Both the position numbers and the translations under genes were made by a program. From contig CAWALG010000041.1 in the NCBI GenBank assembly GCA_963782815.1, positions 11,127 to 75,126 of the forward strand: a DNA stretch of 64,000 bases, written 5' to 3'. This DNA comes from an uncultured Acidobacteriota bacterium. Its GTDB lineage: Bacteria > Acidobacteriota > Thermoanaerobaculia > UBA5066 > Gp7-AA6. Below are positions 37,904 to 48,312 of this stretch, piece by piece. The notes under the pieces were generated by a model, which worked only from the letters and a program-made list of their open reading frames with translations, did not search any database and was not told the DNA's origin. Position 1 is the first letter of the stretch; every line of letters begins with the position of its first letter.

Positions 37904-38371
37904 TCAGAAGTTGATCGTGGCGACTACGGTGTCGGTGTAGCTGCCGGCGGTGTGGTCCTGGCTGATCGGGATCCGCCCGTAGATCGTGATGGTGTCCGAT
38001 GAGAGGGGCTTGATCGGGCCGTATCGCGAGTTGCCGGAGCTCGCGTCGCCCCAGATCGTCGTATGCGCCGCATCGAGATACAGGTTGTAGTTGAGCGTCT
38101 CCGCGACCTTCTTCATCTGGCGCGGGTTGAACGTCGCGGCGCCCCCCCTGGAGAGGGTGATATTGATGCGGCTGGAGCCGACGATGCCGGTGCAGCTGTA
38201 GCTCACGCTGCCGGTCGAGTCGAGCGGCGTGACGCTGAAGACGTTGTACGTCCCGAAGCTGACGCCCACCGCGGAGATCGAGCAGTTGAGTGCGCCCCGC
38301 GCGGCATTGGCTCCGCAGAACGTTCCCGCTACCGCGAGGACGACCGTCATCGCGAGGCGTTTGCCTCTCAT
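37904..38371 (-). CDS. spore coat U (SCPU) domain pilus subunit
   Basis: The tail of ORF 37904..38983, from ATG 38371, makes an ATGA overlap with the usher stop. MRGKRLAMTVVLAVAGTFCGANA…FGTYNVFS…YSCTG…YNLYLDAAHTTIWGD…GSYTDTVVATINF. Confidence 0.85.
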   Translation of the reverse strand: MRGKRLAMTVVLAVAGTFCGANAARGALNCSISAVGVSFGTYNVFSVTPLDSTGSVSYSCTGIVGSSRINITLSRGGAATFNPRQMKKVAETLNYNLYLDAAHTTIWGDASSGNSRYGPIKPLSSDTITIYGRIPISQDHTAGSYTDTVVATINF

Positions 38372-40698
38372 GGCGAGGCCACTCGGCAGCGCAGAGTGCC
38401 GGCGTCGAAGAACTGCTCCCGGGTGTCGGGGACCTCGATCGCGATCCGGCAGGAGCCGGAACCGGACTCGACGAGGGCGTCGTAGCGTCCGGCGGGGACG
38501 TTCTCCAGGAAGAACTCCCCCTGGCTCCCGATCGGCGACTCGATCCGCTTCCCGCCGGCTGAGAGCGTCAAGGTTCCGTAGGCCGGGACGATCTCGCGCT
38601 CCTCGGCTTCGACCCGGACGAGGCCCTTGACGGCGCGCGCGCGCGCCACGGGGAAGACGATGAGCGCTCCGCCGCGGTAGGGAGGGGCGACGGTCTTCTC
38701 GGTCTCGCCGATCGAATAGTCCTGCGGGACGTCGGTGTCGTTGATGCCCACCCGGTTTCCGTAGTACGGGAGAATCTCGGGCACGAGCAGATCGCCTCGG
38801 CTGTTGGTCTGGCCGACCGGCTGGTTGCTCGAGAACCCCGTGACTCCCGGCACGCCGGGCACGCGCAGGAGAGCGAAGCTCTGGCCGACGGCGCGCGACG
38901 GCGCGACCGTGCCGCCGATCGCCACGATCCCTCCGGACACCGAGAGAGTCTCGACATTCTGTCCGTTGACGCGCTCGTACCACGCCTCGTAGCGTCCGTA
39001 GGGGCCCTGGTACTGGAAGAGCCCGCGGCCGCCGCCGGCGGCGGACTCCGTTCTCTCGGACGCCGTGACCTGGTAGCCGTAGCCGGCGCCGAGCGGCAGC
39101 GACTTCTGGACGGTGGCGGAGGTCGCGCTGGCGCCGTCCGCGGTTCGCTCGTGCGTGAGGCTCGCGATCGCGCCGCCCCCGAGCGAGTAGGAGAGACCCG
39201 CGAACGCCTCGAGAGCCGCGCCTCCCGCGCGCAGGGAACGTCCGCCGGAGAGGAAGACGTTCCAGTCGCGGGAGATCGATGCGCTCGCCGACAGGGAGAC
39301 GCGCTCGGTCGAGGGCGTGTCGCGCATGCGGTTGATCTCGTATTGCGCGGTCAGGCTGACGCGGCCGGCCTGGATGCCGGCGAAGGCCCCGCCGTTTGTC
39401 AGCGGCCGGTCCTCCGAGGCCCGGAGGCTCAGGTTCGCGTAACGGGCCGAGAAGACCCGGGCGAAGACTCCGAAGTTGACGGGCTGTCCGAGGTACTGGT
39501 ACGCGAGGGAGCCGGCCGTCCCGCTCTCCCTGCCGTCGCGGCTCCAGGCGAACGACGTGCCCACCTCTCCGAAGGGGAGGCGCAGCGCGACGCCCGGCCC
39601 GCCGCTCCAGAAGCCCGAGCGCGCCTCCAGGCGCATCTCGGGCGTGAAGGAGTCCGTCACGCCGTAACGGTGCCGGCCGAGGAAAGCGGGCGCGGATTCG
39701 TAGTCGCCGCCGGGAGATCCGAGCGGGCGCCGGACGAAGCCGATGTTGTAGGTGTATTCGGACAGGCCCCGCGCGAGGACCGCGCTCGAGGAGTAGAAGG
39801 GGCTCGCGAGCGTCCGTTCCCCGCCGAACGCGTCCCGGATCACGACCGTCGCGTTGCCGCTGCCGGCCGGCACGGGCAGGTTGGTCAGGTCGAACTGTCC
39901 CGGAGGGAGCACCTCCCGGCGCACGATCGCGCCGTTGACGTAGACGTCCGCCGTCGAGGGCGTCATGACGGCGCCCGAAAGGCCGAACGTCGGATAGCGG
40001 ACGAAGTACGGATCGAGCTGGAAGTTGCGCGAGACGCTGACTCCCCCCATGAGGAGCGCGCCACCGAGCGTTCCGGCGGAGCTGAAATCATCCCCGACGA
40101 CCCAGCGCACCAGCCGCTCGCGGTCGTCCACCGTATAGCTCGTCAGCCCGCGGTTGAAGCGGCCCTGCGCGTCGCGCGACCCGCTCGCGTAGAGCAGATT
40201 GCCGTGGAAGCTGATCCCTGTCTCGGCAAACGCGTCGAACGACTTGAAGTCGCGCCAGTTGGCCGAGTAGTTCAGGAACGCGCTCGTGTCGGTCGTGTAG
40301 GCGATCGAGTCGGGGCGGGAGACCTTCAAATCATGCGTCGTGTTCCCGAGGTAGCGGGGGAGCGTCGTCAGGGTCAGCGCCACCGTTTCCGAATCGAGCG
40401 AGAAGGCGATCTCGGGAGCGAGCGATCCGAGCGTGACGAGCTCGCCTTCCGGCGAGGGCACCCGGTGCCCCGAGAATCCGCGGACTCCCACGCCCTCCAG
40501 GTCCGCGACGCGCAGGAGAACGTCGCCGTTCTCGAGGAAGGCGAGGAGGTCCCCCTTCGCGACGCCGTTGACGGAGACCGGAAGAAGGACGCGCTCCCTC
40601 TGGCTGCCCCGCAGGCCGGCGGCGCAAGAGAGGACCGCGGCGAACGCGAGCGCCAGCGCGCGGAGCGCCGGCCCTCGGTCGCGTTTTCGTTGGAGCAC
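38368..40698 (-). CDS. fimbrial outer-membrane usher
   Basis: ORF 38368..40698, 776 aa. Signal peptide, beta-rich Y/G/S composition, position between chaperone and subunit genes. Confidence 0.85.
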   Translation of the reverse strand: MLQRKRDRGPALRALALAFAAVLSCAAGLRGSQRERVLLPVSVNGVAKGDLLAFLENGDVLLRVADLEGVGVRGFSGHRVPSPEGELVTLGSLAPEIAFSLDSETVALTLTTLPRYLGNTTHDLKVSRPDSIAYTTDTSAFLNYSANWRDFKSFDAFAETGISFHGNLLYASGSRDAQGRFNRGLTSYTVDDRERLVRWVVGDDFSSAGTLGGALLMGGVSVSRNFQLDPYFVRYPTFGLSGAVMTPSTADVYVNGAIVRREVLPPGQFDLTNLPVPAGSGNATVVIRDAFGGERTLASPFYSSSAVLARGLSEYTYNIGFVRRPLGSPGGDYESAPAFLGRHRYGVTDSFTPEMRLEARSGFWSGGPGVALRLPFGEVGTSFAWSRDGRESGTAGSLAYQYLGQPVNFGVFARVFSARYANLSLRASEDRPLTNGGAFAGIQAGRVSLTAQYEINRMRDTPSTERVSLSASASISRDWNVFLSGGRSLRAGGAALEAFAGLSYSLGGGAIASLTHERTADGASATSATVQKSLPLGAGYGYQVTASERTESAAGGGRGLFQYQGPYGRYEAWYERVNGQNVETLSVSGGIVAIGGTVAPSRAVGQSFALLRVPGVPGVTGFSSNQPVGQTNSRGDLLVPEILPYYGNRVGINDTDVPQDYSIGETEKTVAPPYRGGALIVFPVARARAVKGLVRVEAEEREIVPAYGTLTLSAGGKRIESPIGSQGEFFLENVPAGRYDALVESGSGSCRIAIEVPDTREQFFDAGTLRCRVASP

Positions 40699-40740
40699 GG
40701 CTTGTATCCCACCCCTCGCCGCGCAGCTTGTGCGCGGAGG

Positions 40741-41514
40741 TTAACCGCTGTTTCGGCAGGCTCCCGGCGGCGCATTGACGCGGGTCTCGAAGACTCCCGA
40801 GTCTGTGCGGGCCTCGATGCGGACGCTCTTGACCCGGGCGCAGTCGTCTTGCGAGAGCGGCCAGTCGTACTGGCGGCCGCCTCCCGCCAGGACGTACCAG
40901 CCGTTGGCCTCTTTGTCGAGAATGGTCTCGCCGGCGGCCCCGGTCGCCAGGACCCGCACGGTCTGCAAGGTGAAGTGGACGTTCCCGCTGTTGTGCACGA
41001 GGAACCGCAACCGCGCGTTCTCGAGACGGGCGTCCGCGATCTCGCCGCCGGACTCGGTCCTGGAGGGGCGCAGGAAGATCGGGATCCCCATCCGCGTCAG
41101 CACACGGATCTGGCTCGGCGCGGGAGCCTCGCCGGGTCTCTCCACCGGCGGAAGCTCCTCGACGAAGACGCGGTACGTCTTCTCGCTCGGGGCGAGCGGC
41201 GTCGCGGCGCCGATCCGGATCTTGCGCTCCTTGCCCGCCTCGAGCGTGAGGAGCGTCGGAAAAACGGCGATGTCCTCCGTCGGGAGGAGCTCCATCTGGC
41301 CCTGCTCGCTCTCGTCCCAGCGGAACGCCGTGAGCTGGAACCGGAGGGTCTCCTGGCTCTCGTTGGAGAGCGTCAGGAGACCGCTCGTGGCGGAAACCGA
41401 CAGGGAGAGCTGCACCGGAGAGACGCGGAAGGTCGCCGCCGTGGCCGTCCCCGCGCCAAGCAGGGCCAGGGCGAAGACGGCGACGACGCTTCCGGCTCTC
41501 TGTTTGGTAAACAT
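40741..41514 (-). CDS. periplasmic pilus chaperone (PapD-like)
   Basis: ORF 40741..41514. Signal peptide, then …FRVSPVQLSL…YRVFVEELPP…IRVLTRMGIPIFLRP…. Confidence 0.82.
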   Translation of the reverse strand: MFTKQRAGSVVAVFALALLGAGTATAATFRVSPVQLSLSVSATSGLLTLSNESQETLRFQLTAFRWDESEQGQMELLPTEDIAVFPTLLTLEAGKERKIRIGAATPLAPSEKTYRVFVEELPPVERPGEAPAPSQIRVLTRMGIPIFLRPSRTESGGEIADARLENARLRFLVHNSGNVHFTLQTVRVLATGAAGETILDKEANGWYVLAGGGRQYDWPLSQDDCARVKSVRIEARTDSGVFETRVNAPPGACRNSG

Positions 41515-41518
41515 GGCG

Positions 41519-42043
41519 TCAGAAGTTGACGGTCGCGAGGACGGTGTCCGTGTAGGAGCCGAACGGCAGGTCCTGTCCCGAGGCGACCTCTCCGCAGATG
41601 TTGTAGGTCCGGGCGTTCTTGTTGGGCGCCGCGGCCGGCGTGAAGAGCCCCCCGCCGCTGTTGCCCCAGATCGTCGGCGAGCCGAACGAGCAGGCCGTGT
41701 CCGGGACCGTGTCCGGAGGCTGGTAGAGCTCGTAGGTCATGAGGTTGGTCCCGCTGTCCTTCATGCGGCGCACCGAGCCGGAGGCGTTGGATCCCAGGCC
41801 GAGCCCGACCGTCGTCGCGGCTCCCTTGGTGCAGGTAATCGTCACGCCGCCGGACGCGTCGAGCGGAGAGGAGACGTTGGTCACGATCGGGTCGTAGGCG
41901 CCGAAGGCGACCGCGGACGTGGAGATCGTGCAGACGTTCGGGATGTTCGACGAGATGCCGACGTTGCTGGTCGCCGTGCCGGCGAGCGCCGTCGAGGCCG
42001 CGAAGGCCAGGAGAGCCAGGGTTGCGAGGGTTGCCTTTTTCAT
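41519..42043 (-). CDS. SCPU domain pilus subunit
   Basis: MKKATLATLALLAFAASTALAGTATSNVGISSNIPNVCTISTSAVAFGAYDP…GSYTDTVLATVNF. Confidence 0.88.
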   Translation of the reverse strand: MKKATLATLALLAFAASTALAGTATSNVGISSNIPNVCTISTSAVAFGAYDPIVTNVSSPLDASGGVTITCTKGAATTVGLGLGSNASGSVRRMKDSGTNLMTYELYQPPDTVPDTACSFGSPTIWGNSGGGLFTPAAAPNKNARTYNICGEVASGQDLPFGSYTDTVLATVNF

Positions 42044-42100
42044 TTCTTGCCTCTTTTTTCGGAGTCGAAGTTTTCCGCGTTTGCGAATCGGGCCGGATCT

Positions 42101-42625
42101 CTAGAAGTTGACCGTGGCGACGACGGTGTCGGTGTAGCTGCCGAAGGGGAGGTCCTGACCGCTGGCGACCTGTCCGCAGATGTTGTAGGTGCGCGCGTTC
42201 TTGTCGGGCGCGGCCGCGGGAGTGAAGAGGTTGGCGCCGGCCGTTCCCCAGACCGTCGGCGACGCGTAGGAGCACGCGGAGCCGGGCGTGGTGTTGGGCG
42301 GCTGGTAGAGCTCGTACGTCAGCAGGTCGGTGCCGGCGTTCTTCATCTTGCGCACGGCGCCGGCGGCGTTGTTGCCGAGGCCGAGGCTGACCGTCGTCGT
42401 GGCCCCCTTGGTGCAGGTGATCGCCACGGTGCCGGAGGCGTTCAATGGCGAGGAGGCGTTCGTCACGATCGGGTCGTAGGCGCCGAACGCCACCGCGCCC
42501 GTCGTGATGGTGCAGACGTTCGCGATGTTCGCCGAGATACCGACGTTGGCCGTGGCTGTGCCGGCGATCGCGGGCGACGCCGCCACCAGGATCAGAGCGA
42601 GGGTGCCGAGGATCGCTTTTTTCAT
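42101..42625 (-). CDS. SCPU domain pilus subunit (paralog of 41519..42043)
   Basis: From ATG 42625, with GGAG 6 nt upstream. MKKAILGTLALILVAASPAIAGTATANVGISANIANVCTITTGAVAFGAYDP…GSYTDTVVATVNF. Confidence 0.88.
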   Translation of the reverse strand: MKKAILGTLALILVAASPAIAGTATANVGISANIANVCTITTGAVAFGAYDPIVTNASSPLNASGTVAITCTKGATTTVSLGLGNNAAGAVRKMKNAGTDLLTYELYQPPNTTPGSACSYASPTVWGTAGANLFTPAAAPDKNARTYNICGQVASGQDLPFGSYTDTVVATVNF

Positions 42626-42751
42626 GTTCATCTCCTTGCTTTCCTGGGACAAACTTCTCCCGTCACAGGTTGAGTCGCGTTCGTTGTCTTGGAACCCACC
42701 GGGATTAGGCCGTGACGTGTGTGCTGGCTGAGTCTGTCGCTGAGGGTCAAA

Positions 42752-42766
42752 GCATGCCGCGTGCCA
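42752..42766 (-). promoter_or_regulatory. sigma54-like promoter TGGCACGCGGCATGC upstream of the SCPU operon
   Basis: The minus strand reads TGGCACG-CGGC-ATGC with GG-N10-GC spacing. It lies about 125 nt upstream of the first SCPU start. Confidence 0.5.
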
Positions 42767-43064
42767 CAGGCAATGCAAGGGGGGCCCCCCAGGAGGCCCT
42801 AACCTCTGTAGATTCAACGATTTTAACTACCTTTAATTTTCAGGAAAAGGCATTTCTGGGGGTCCATAGTCTAAGGTCTAATGACACTTATTCGCCGTCT
42901 GTGGAAGCCAGTGTCACCCGTTTCTGTCCATCGTCAAGAGGTCGGCTCTGGAGTTCTAACTCTCGGAGCCGTCGCGGCTTGCGAGCTTGATTTGCCAGGA
43001 AGGAATGATGCAAAGGCATCAGCGAGGTGGCCAAATTTCGTGCAGAACCGCCGTGCCGGGTAAG

Positions 43065-43115
43065 TGTGGAGCCGACGACCGGACTTGAACCGGTGACCTG
43101 CGGTTTACGAAACCG
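43065..43115. repeat. att site: 51-nt duplicate of the 3' part of tRNA-Thr
   Basis: TGTGGAGCCGACGACCGGACTTGAACCGGTGACCTGCGGTTTACGAAACCG, identical to 50877-50927. Confidence 0.95.
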
Positions 43116-43759
43116 AACCAGGGGGCTTTTCTACAGTTTCGTCATGGAGTGATACGGGACTGATACCGAGAGCTAGAAAAGCCGCTCCAGCATTGGCGAT
43201 TCCGATCCTCTCGATCTTCTACGGGGCGATTCTGAATTCTACCGAGTGATACCCGTTTAGTGCACGGTGAGTGCACGGGGAAGAGTGACCGCTCCCCAAT
43301 GGCTCCCTCGACGGGGTGGTCCGGACCCGCCACGGCTCGCCTTTCCGCCCATATATTCGAGCGGATATCTACGGTGAAGAGATTCAACACCTCGTTTTCG
43401 GCCGTAGTGGGCCTCGGTGCAGGTCGAGAGCTGGTGATTCAAAGGGTGCTCTTCTGGACGCCGTTCACGCCTCTCCCCAAACCTGAGGATCCCGCCGCCG
43501 GCATTCGTAGCCTTTGGCGCTACTCGGGCCCCGAGCCCCCCGCCTCGGGTCCGCACCCCGAGGGCTCCCCAGAGCCGTGTCAGGGAGTCAAACCCGGCGA
43601 ATACGTCGAACTTGACACCAAGCGGGGGGTACCTCGATCTTGCCCGACCAACAGGCCGACGGGCCAGCCTATGGCTCCTTCTGGCGCTTTGTTCGTTGAG
43701 CGTGTTGCTCGGGGATGTCCAGGGATACGCAAGGAATCCGCGATGATTCCCGCCAGGCA

Positions 43760-44574
43760 TTACAGTCCCGTCCTCATCCCTTTTAGTGTAAATCCAGCAG
43801 CCTGTCGTCTCCAAATTCCTCCGAGTCCGTCGACCAATACCGCGAAGATATAGATGTCGTCTTTGCCCAAGGCCACGTCGTCCCAGACGGCTTCCAGTTG
43901 GCCCGGCCCCGTTGATCCACGGTACATCAACGCGCTCCTTGTCCGCGTCGTGCTCGGTTGGCGGCAGGGGCCTGTTGAGGTGACGAACATAGGCACATGG
44001 AATGCTTTTCGGCTCGCTAGGAAGCACCGCTACGCATGCTTGCTCGACATAATAGTTCGGCGACGCGATTTTGCCTCGGTTCCTTATATAAAAGTACCAA
44101 CTGGAAGGCTCTTGAAATTCGCCGGTGGCGTGAATGCGGAACGCGCCATCATACTTGGGCTTTTCGATTTCAATGAATGCTCTGCGGCTATCCCGCCACG
44201 AGCGCTCATTCTGCTCGATCATCCGGTCTGTCCTAGCATTAGCCTTCTCCATCGCCTTCCATTGGTGCCAGGAGATGCGGGCGTAGATGCAAGTGATTAC
44301 GCAGCCAGCAACCGCAGCAATCGCAATGAACCATGAGTACGGTGAAGAGATTTCTGAACGTGATGTCTGCTTTTATCTGCTCCTGTTGGGGAGCACCGCC
44401 GGTTCGCTCCACGGTTTTTGGTGCCTGATCGAGCGCGGATTGAGTTTCCGGCGTTGTGCTGCGCCCATCATCCTTGGGTTGGTCGGTGCCCACGTAGCCG
44501 GTCTCCTTCTGCCCGAACCCCGTCCCTCTGCTAGTCGAAAACACCATTTCAGGGGTTGGTGTCAAGTGCGGCAT
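43760..44574 (-). CDS. hypothetical membrane-anchored protein, at least 2 frameshifts
   Basis: ORF 44239..44574 gives a disordered N-terminus. A hand-read TM segment follows (YSWFIAIAAVAGCVITCIYARISW). Then the head of ORF 43257..44252 (MEKANARTDRMIEQNERSWRDSRRAFIEIEKPKYDG…) and ORF 43760..43996 (…LEAVWDDVALGKDDIYIFAVLVDGLGG…). Confidence 0.45.
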
Positions 44575-44600
44575 AATCGCCCAAACCCCCGGTTAGGTCA

Positions 44601-45037
44601 TTAGGGAACACGGCTCATGTAGAAGTCCCAGGTGTTTAGCCCTGGTTTCAACTCAATCGTTGCCGCGTAAGGGGCGTAACCAGTCTTCGATGCCGTGATG
44701 GACGCGAAGCCTGTCTTCAGAGCTGCGGGAAATTGATAGCCGATTGAGGAGCTCGTTACGGAAAAGCCCTGAATCGAAACGATCGCCCCGTCAACAGGGC
44801 CAGTAGAATAATCAGGGGGGCCATGGAGGACTTCCTTGATCGTGCCACCGAGGGCCACCGGCACTGGCGTTGGAGTCTTCGTTACGGTGGGAGCGGACGT
44901 TGCGTCGCTGTTGGGCTCGGCGCCGTGGGTGGTGATGGGCCTGATGGGCCGGTGGGTGAACCTCCACCGCCGCAAGCAAGGGCCAGCGAAGCGATCACCG
45001 CCGCCAGGAAGGCGCACAGCCGACTCTGATGTCTCAA
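44601..45037 (-). CDS. lipoprotein with carboxypeptidase-regulatory-like beta-sandwich domain, frameshifted
   Basis: Hand-read from TTG 45037: LRHQSRLCAFLAAVIASLALACGGGG (lipobox). The C-terminus is ORF 44601..45122 (…GGTIKEVLHGPPDYSTGPVDGAIVSIQGFSVTSSSIGYQFPALKTGFASITASKTGYAPYAATIELKPG). Confidence 0.55.
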
Positions 45038-45759
45038 GATGTTGGAAGACTTTCCCAAGGATTATACACCACATCCCTTCCAGCAGCCCGCCCAGGGCAT
45101 CCCTCTCTCCGTCGCCAGACATTTAACCTCCTCAAGAAGAGACCTGTTCGCCTCAGGAATCCGTCGTCTCATGTGATGCCCTGCCCCGTGGCAGGGCATG
45201 GGATGTCTGCTTATGTGGCAGGTCCTAACCTGTGAAGTAGAAGAAGCATCATCTTCCATCACCTGCGCCACAGCGGATCAGATCGTCGAGTTTTTCGAGA
45301 ACAGGTGGGGATGTGAGAGGTCTCGGGTTTAACGGACCCGAGCAGAGGTGATTCGCCGGAAAGAGATACCATTGACAGAGAACACGCGCGCGCAGAACAA
45401 TTACGCGTCGCGAGATCTTTAGACAGGCATCGGGGGCCGGGCAACCCCACTCGAACCTGACCGACCCGTAGGACGGGCGACCGGACGCGAGACGAGAGGC
45501 CCAGGAAAGGGAGGGATTCCATCCTTCGATTTCTGGGTCTTTTTTCTTCTCGCGGAAGGGAGGACTGAGGTGCGGCTTTCGGTTGTCGGTTGATGAGGGT
45601 ACCTGAGGCGGCGGTTACGGGATCTGGCGGAAGAGCAGCGGCAGGGAGGCCGTGCGAGTGTTAACCGGATCGTCGGCGAGCTGATTCGATCGGCCCTTTC
45701 GAGTCGCGCTCCGGACCACCGCAGAAAGACAGCACCGATCCGACCGCGAGGAGTGCGCG

Positions 45760-46887
45760 ATGAGCGCGCCCGAAGAAAGAGGTCCCGGAGGGGAAGCCGC
45801 CGGAGGAAGGTCCGCTCGGGCCGCTGCTCGAAGATGTGGCGCGTTTCTGCCGGCGGTTCGTCGTGCTCTCCCAGGCAGAGGCCGACGTACTGGCGCTCTG
45901 GGCGGCGCACACACACGCAATCGAGGCGTTCGAGGACACGCCGTTCCTCGCGGTCACGTCGGCCGAGCCGGAGAGCGGGAAGACGCGCGTGCTCGAAGTG
46001 CTGGATCTACTCGTGCGTCACCCCTGGAAGGTCGTTCTTCCCTCTGAGGCCGTCCTCTTCCGGAAGGTGTCGGCGGAGCAACCGACGCTCCTCTCGATGA
46101 GATTGATGCGGTGTTCGGGCCGAAGGCGGGCGAGCATGAAGACCTCGGTGCGCTCTTGAATGCGGGCAACTGGAGAGGCACGAAGGTTCCTCGATGCCTC
46201 CGGGAAGGGCGAAGATACGGCTGGAAGAGTTTGACGTCTTCTGTCCGTGCGTGCTCGCAGGTATCGGTAGGCTCCCGGAAATGATAGCTAGCCGCTCGAC
46301 TCCGCTCACCCTCAAGCGAAGGGCACCGACTGAAAGAGGTGGAGCTATCCGCCGCCGAGATGTTGAACCGGAAGGGCACTGCTTACGGGATGGACTCTCC
46401 GTCTGGCAGAGGCCAGCGTCGGCTAGCTACGAGTGGCACGGCCAACTCCGGCCGACCCACTTGGAGATAGGACGGCCGACAGTTGTGAGCCTCTTCTCGC
46501 TATAGCCGACATGGCCGGCGGCGAGTGGCCCGACAGGGCGCGCGCGCGCTCGTCAACCTGTGTACGGCTGACAAATCTGAGGACGGCTCCCTCGGTGTTC
46601 GACTCGACGCGATTGCCGCTCCGTGTTCGACGCTCTTGGCGATGACAGACTTGCGTCCACCGATCTGGGCGCGGCTCGCGTGGAGATGGACGAGAGCCCC
46701 TGTGCCGAGCTTCTATAAGGGTAGGCTGCTCACGTTTCGGAGGCTCGCCTGTGCTACTCAACCCCGACGGCGTCGTTCCGGCTCCATCCGGCTTGAGGAC
46801 GGCAAAACGGTTAAGGGCGACGACCGGACCGCTTTCGAGGACGCCTGGAGCTGCGACCGCCTCGCTCCGGCTCTCAAGACGGCATAG
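45760..46887 (+). pseudogene. DUF3631 family protein, at least 5 frame breaks
   Basis: ORF pieces 45836..46159 (VARFCRRFVVLSQAEADVLALWAAHTHAIEAFEDTPFLAVTSAEPESGKTRVLEVLDLL…EQPTLL), 46194..46505 (…EEFDVFCPCVLAGIGRLPEMIASRS…), 46433..46645 (…CEPLLAIADMAGGEWPDRARA…) and 46525..46887. Confidence 0.75.
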
Positions 46888-47504
46888 CGTCACAAGCCGA
46901 TGTCGGAGTGGGTCTCCCTGACCTCTCGAACGTCAACACGAGAGATGTTGTGATGGATGAAGAACATGAAAACGTCAATGCATACGAGCTCGTGACGATG
47001 TGAGCACATGAGACCCCCCAGCGACGAAGCGCGAGATAGCCGAGGTTTCGGAGGTGATCATGTGAACCGGCTATCCGCCCGCCTGGCCTGGAACGCGGCG
47101 GACGGCCTGACGCTGAACGTCGAGGAGACGGGCTCGCTGGTCGCTCCGGCCGAGCGGCTGACGCCGGAGCTTCGCGCCCTCCTCCTGCGGTTCAAGCCCG
47201 ATGTGCCGGAGCTGCTCGGCATCGACGGGCCAAACCACCTGGCCCTGTTCGCGTACCGCGCCGACCTGGCCTCCGCCTCGCGGGAGATCGGGCGTCCTGG
47301 GCGATCCTGAAGCGTTCTCGGGGCGATCGGGCGGCCGGTGAAGCTCCGCGACGGGCGAAGCGGGACTCTCCGGGCCGCCGTTTACGACACGCGCACAGGC
47401 CGGCTCCGGTGTCGCCTTGAGATTGCCGGGGGCGGAAACCTGATGCTCGATCCAGAGGAGCTGCTTCCACTTGCCGGACGGGCAGCGGCCGTGGAGGAGA
47501 GCCG

Positions 47505-47730
47505 ATGAGCGCGAATCGGAAGGCTCCTGCGCCGGCCGAAGGACAGGCCCCTCGCGTCTCCTCACGATTCCGGAGACTGCCGAGATTCTCGCCGTTAAGC
47601 AGGTAACGGTCCGCCTCTGGCTTTCGAAGGGCTGGCTCCCGAAGGATGAAGCTAGGCCGATGCGTCCGAATTCCAGCCGCGGACGATCGAGGCTTTCGTT
47701 CAAGCAGAACACGACCCCCGCGAGATAGTC
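47505..47730 (+). CDS. excisionase/AlpA-like HTH protein, frameshifted, 3' end uncertain
   Basis: ATG 47505 preceded by GGAGGAG. LLTIPETAEILAVKQVTVRLWLSKGWLP, then MKLGRCVRIPAAD in other frames. Confidence 0.6.
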
Positions 47731-48232
47731 GCCGGTTCTCCGTATTCCGTGTTCGGCGCTGCCGTGGTCCAGACTGCCCGCCATTGCATGTCAGCGATTC
47801 CGGATTTCTGCTTCATCTCATGCGTCTCGATGGCCTTCCTTCTTGCCTCCATGGTCCCTTTAGTGATGTCCTTTCCCTCTATCTTGTCCCTTGCGAGGAA
47901 GAACATATCCAGTGTACAGATGAAGGCGTTCGCAGGGTCTTTGTACAGATCTGTGATCACTTCCTGGATTTGGTCCCGTGTATACCTGACGAAGAGATGG
48001 TCGGAGACCTTCTTCATGTCGGGCGACGAGAGTAACCCTTTCCGGGGCTCCATGCCCCGACCGCTGAGAGGTAGGCTTCAGCGATACCGTCAACCGCACC
48101 GCTTATGTATGCTTCTCGCGCTACTGGACTCCACGATCGCCATCGATCAGCGTAGTTATACGGCTCCCCGGCGAGAGCGAGACTTCCAAGAAGCAGCCAG
48201 AGAGCGGCTGCCAGGTAGTGTCTGAGGATCAT
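47700..48232 (-). CDS. small secreted hypothetical protein, frameshift near 48045
   Basis: ORF 48014..48232 (MILRHYLAAALWLLLGSLALAGEPYNY…REAYISGAVDGIAEAYLS) continues in ORF 47700..48053 (…VSDHLFVRYTRDQIQEVITDLYKDPANAFICTLDMFFLARDKIEG…). AT-richer DNA. Confidence 0.5.
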
Positions 48233-48312
48233 GCTTTACCGTTACTAAGAGCGCCTATGTTAAAGCTCAGCGGCGAGCGCAGGTCAACTGCTGAGTTCGC
48301 TGAGGCGCCGTG

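Noticed and set aside
43116-43760. Coding sequence at the left end of the island: the tail of ORF 43257..44252, ORF 43260..43853 + and ORF 43142..43390 -
   Set aside because: None of the six frames gives a convincing protein-like translation. The long ORFs are Arg/Gly/Pro-rich. The region may be non-coding arm DNA or degraded genes.
45240-45760. Possible primase/replicase remnant or origin upstream of DUF3631
   Set aside because: Elements with DUF3631 often carry a primase, but I could not read any recognisable primase motif in any frame here. Only a short hairpin, ATGCCCTGCC-ccgt-GGCAGGGCAT, lies at about 45177-45200.
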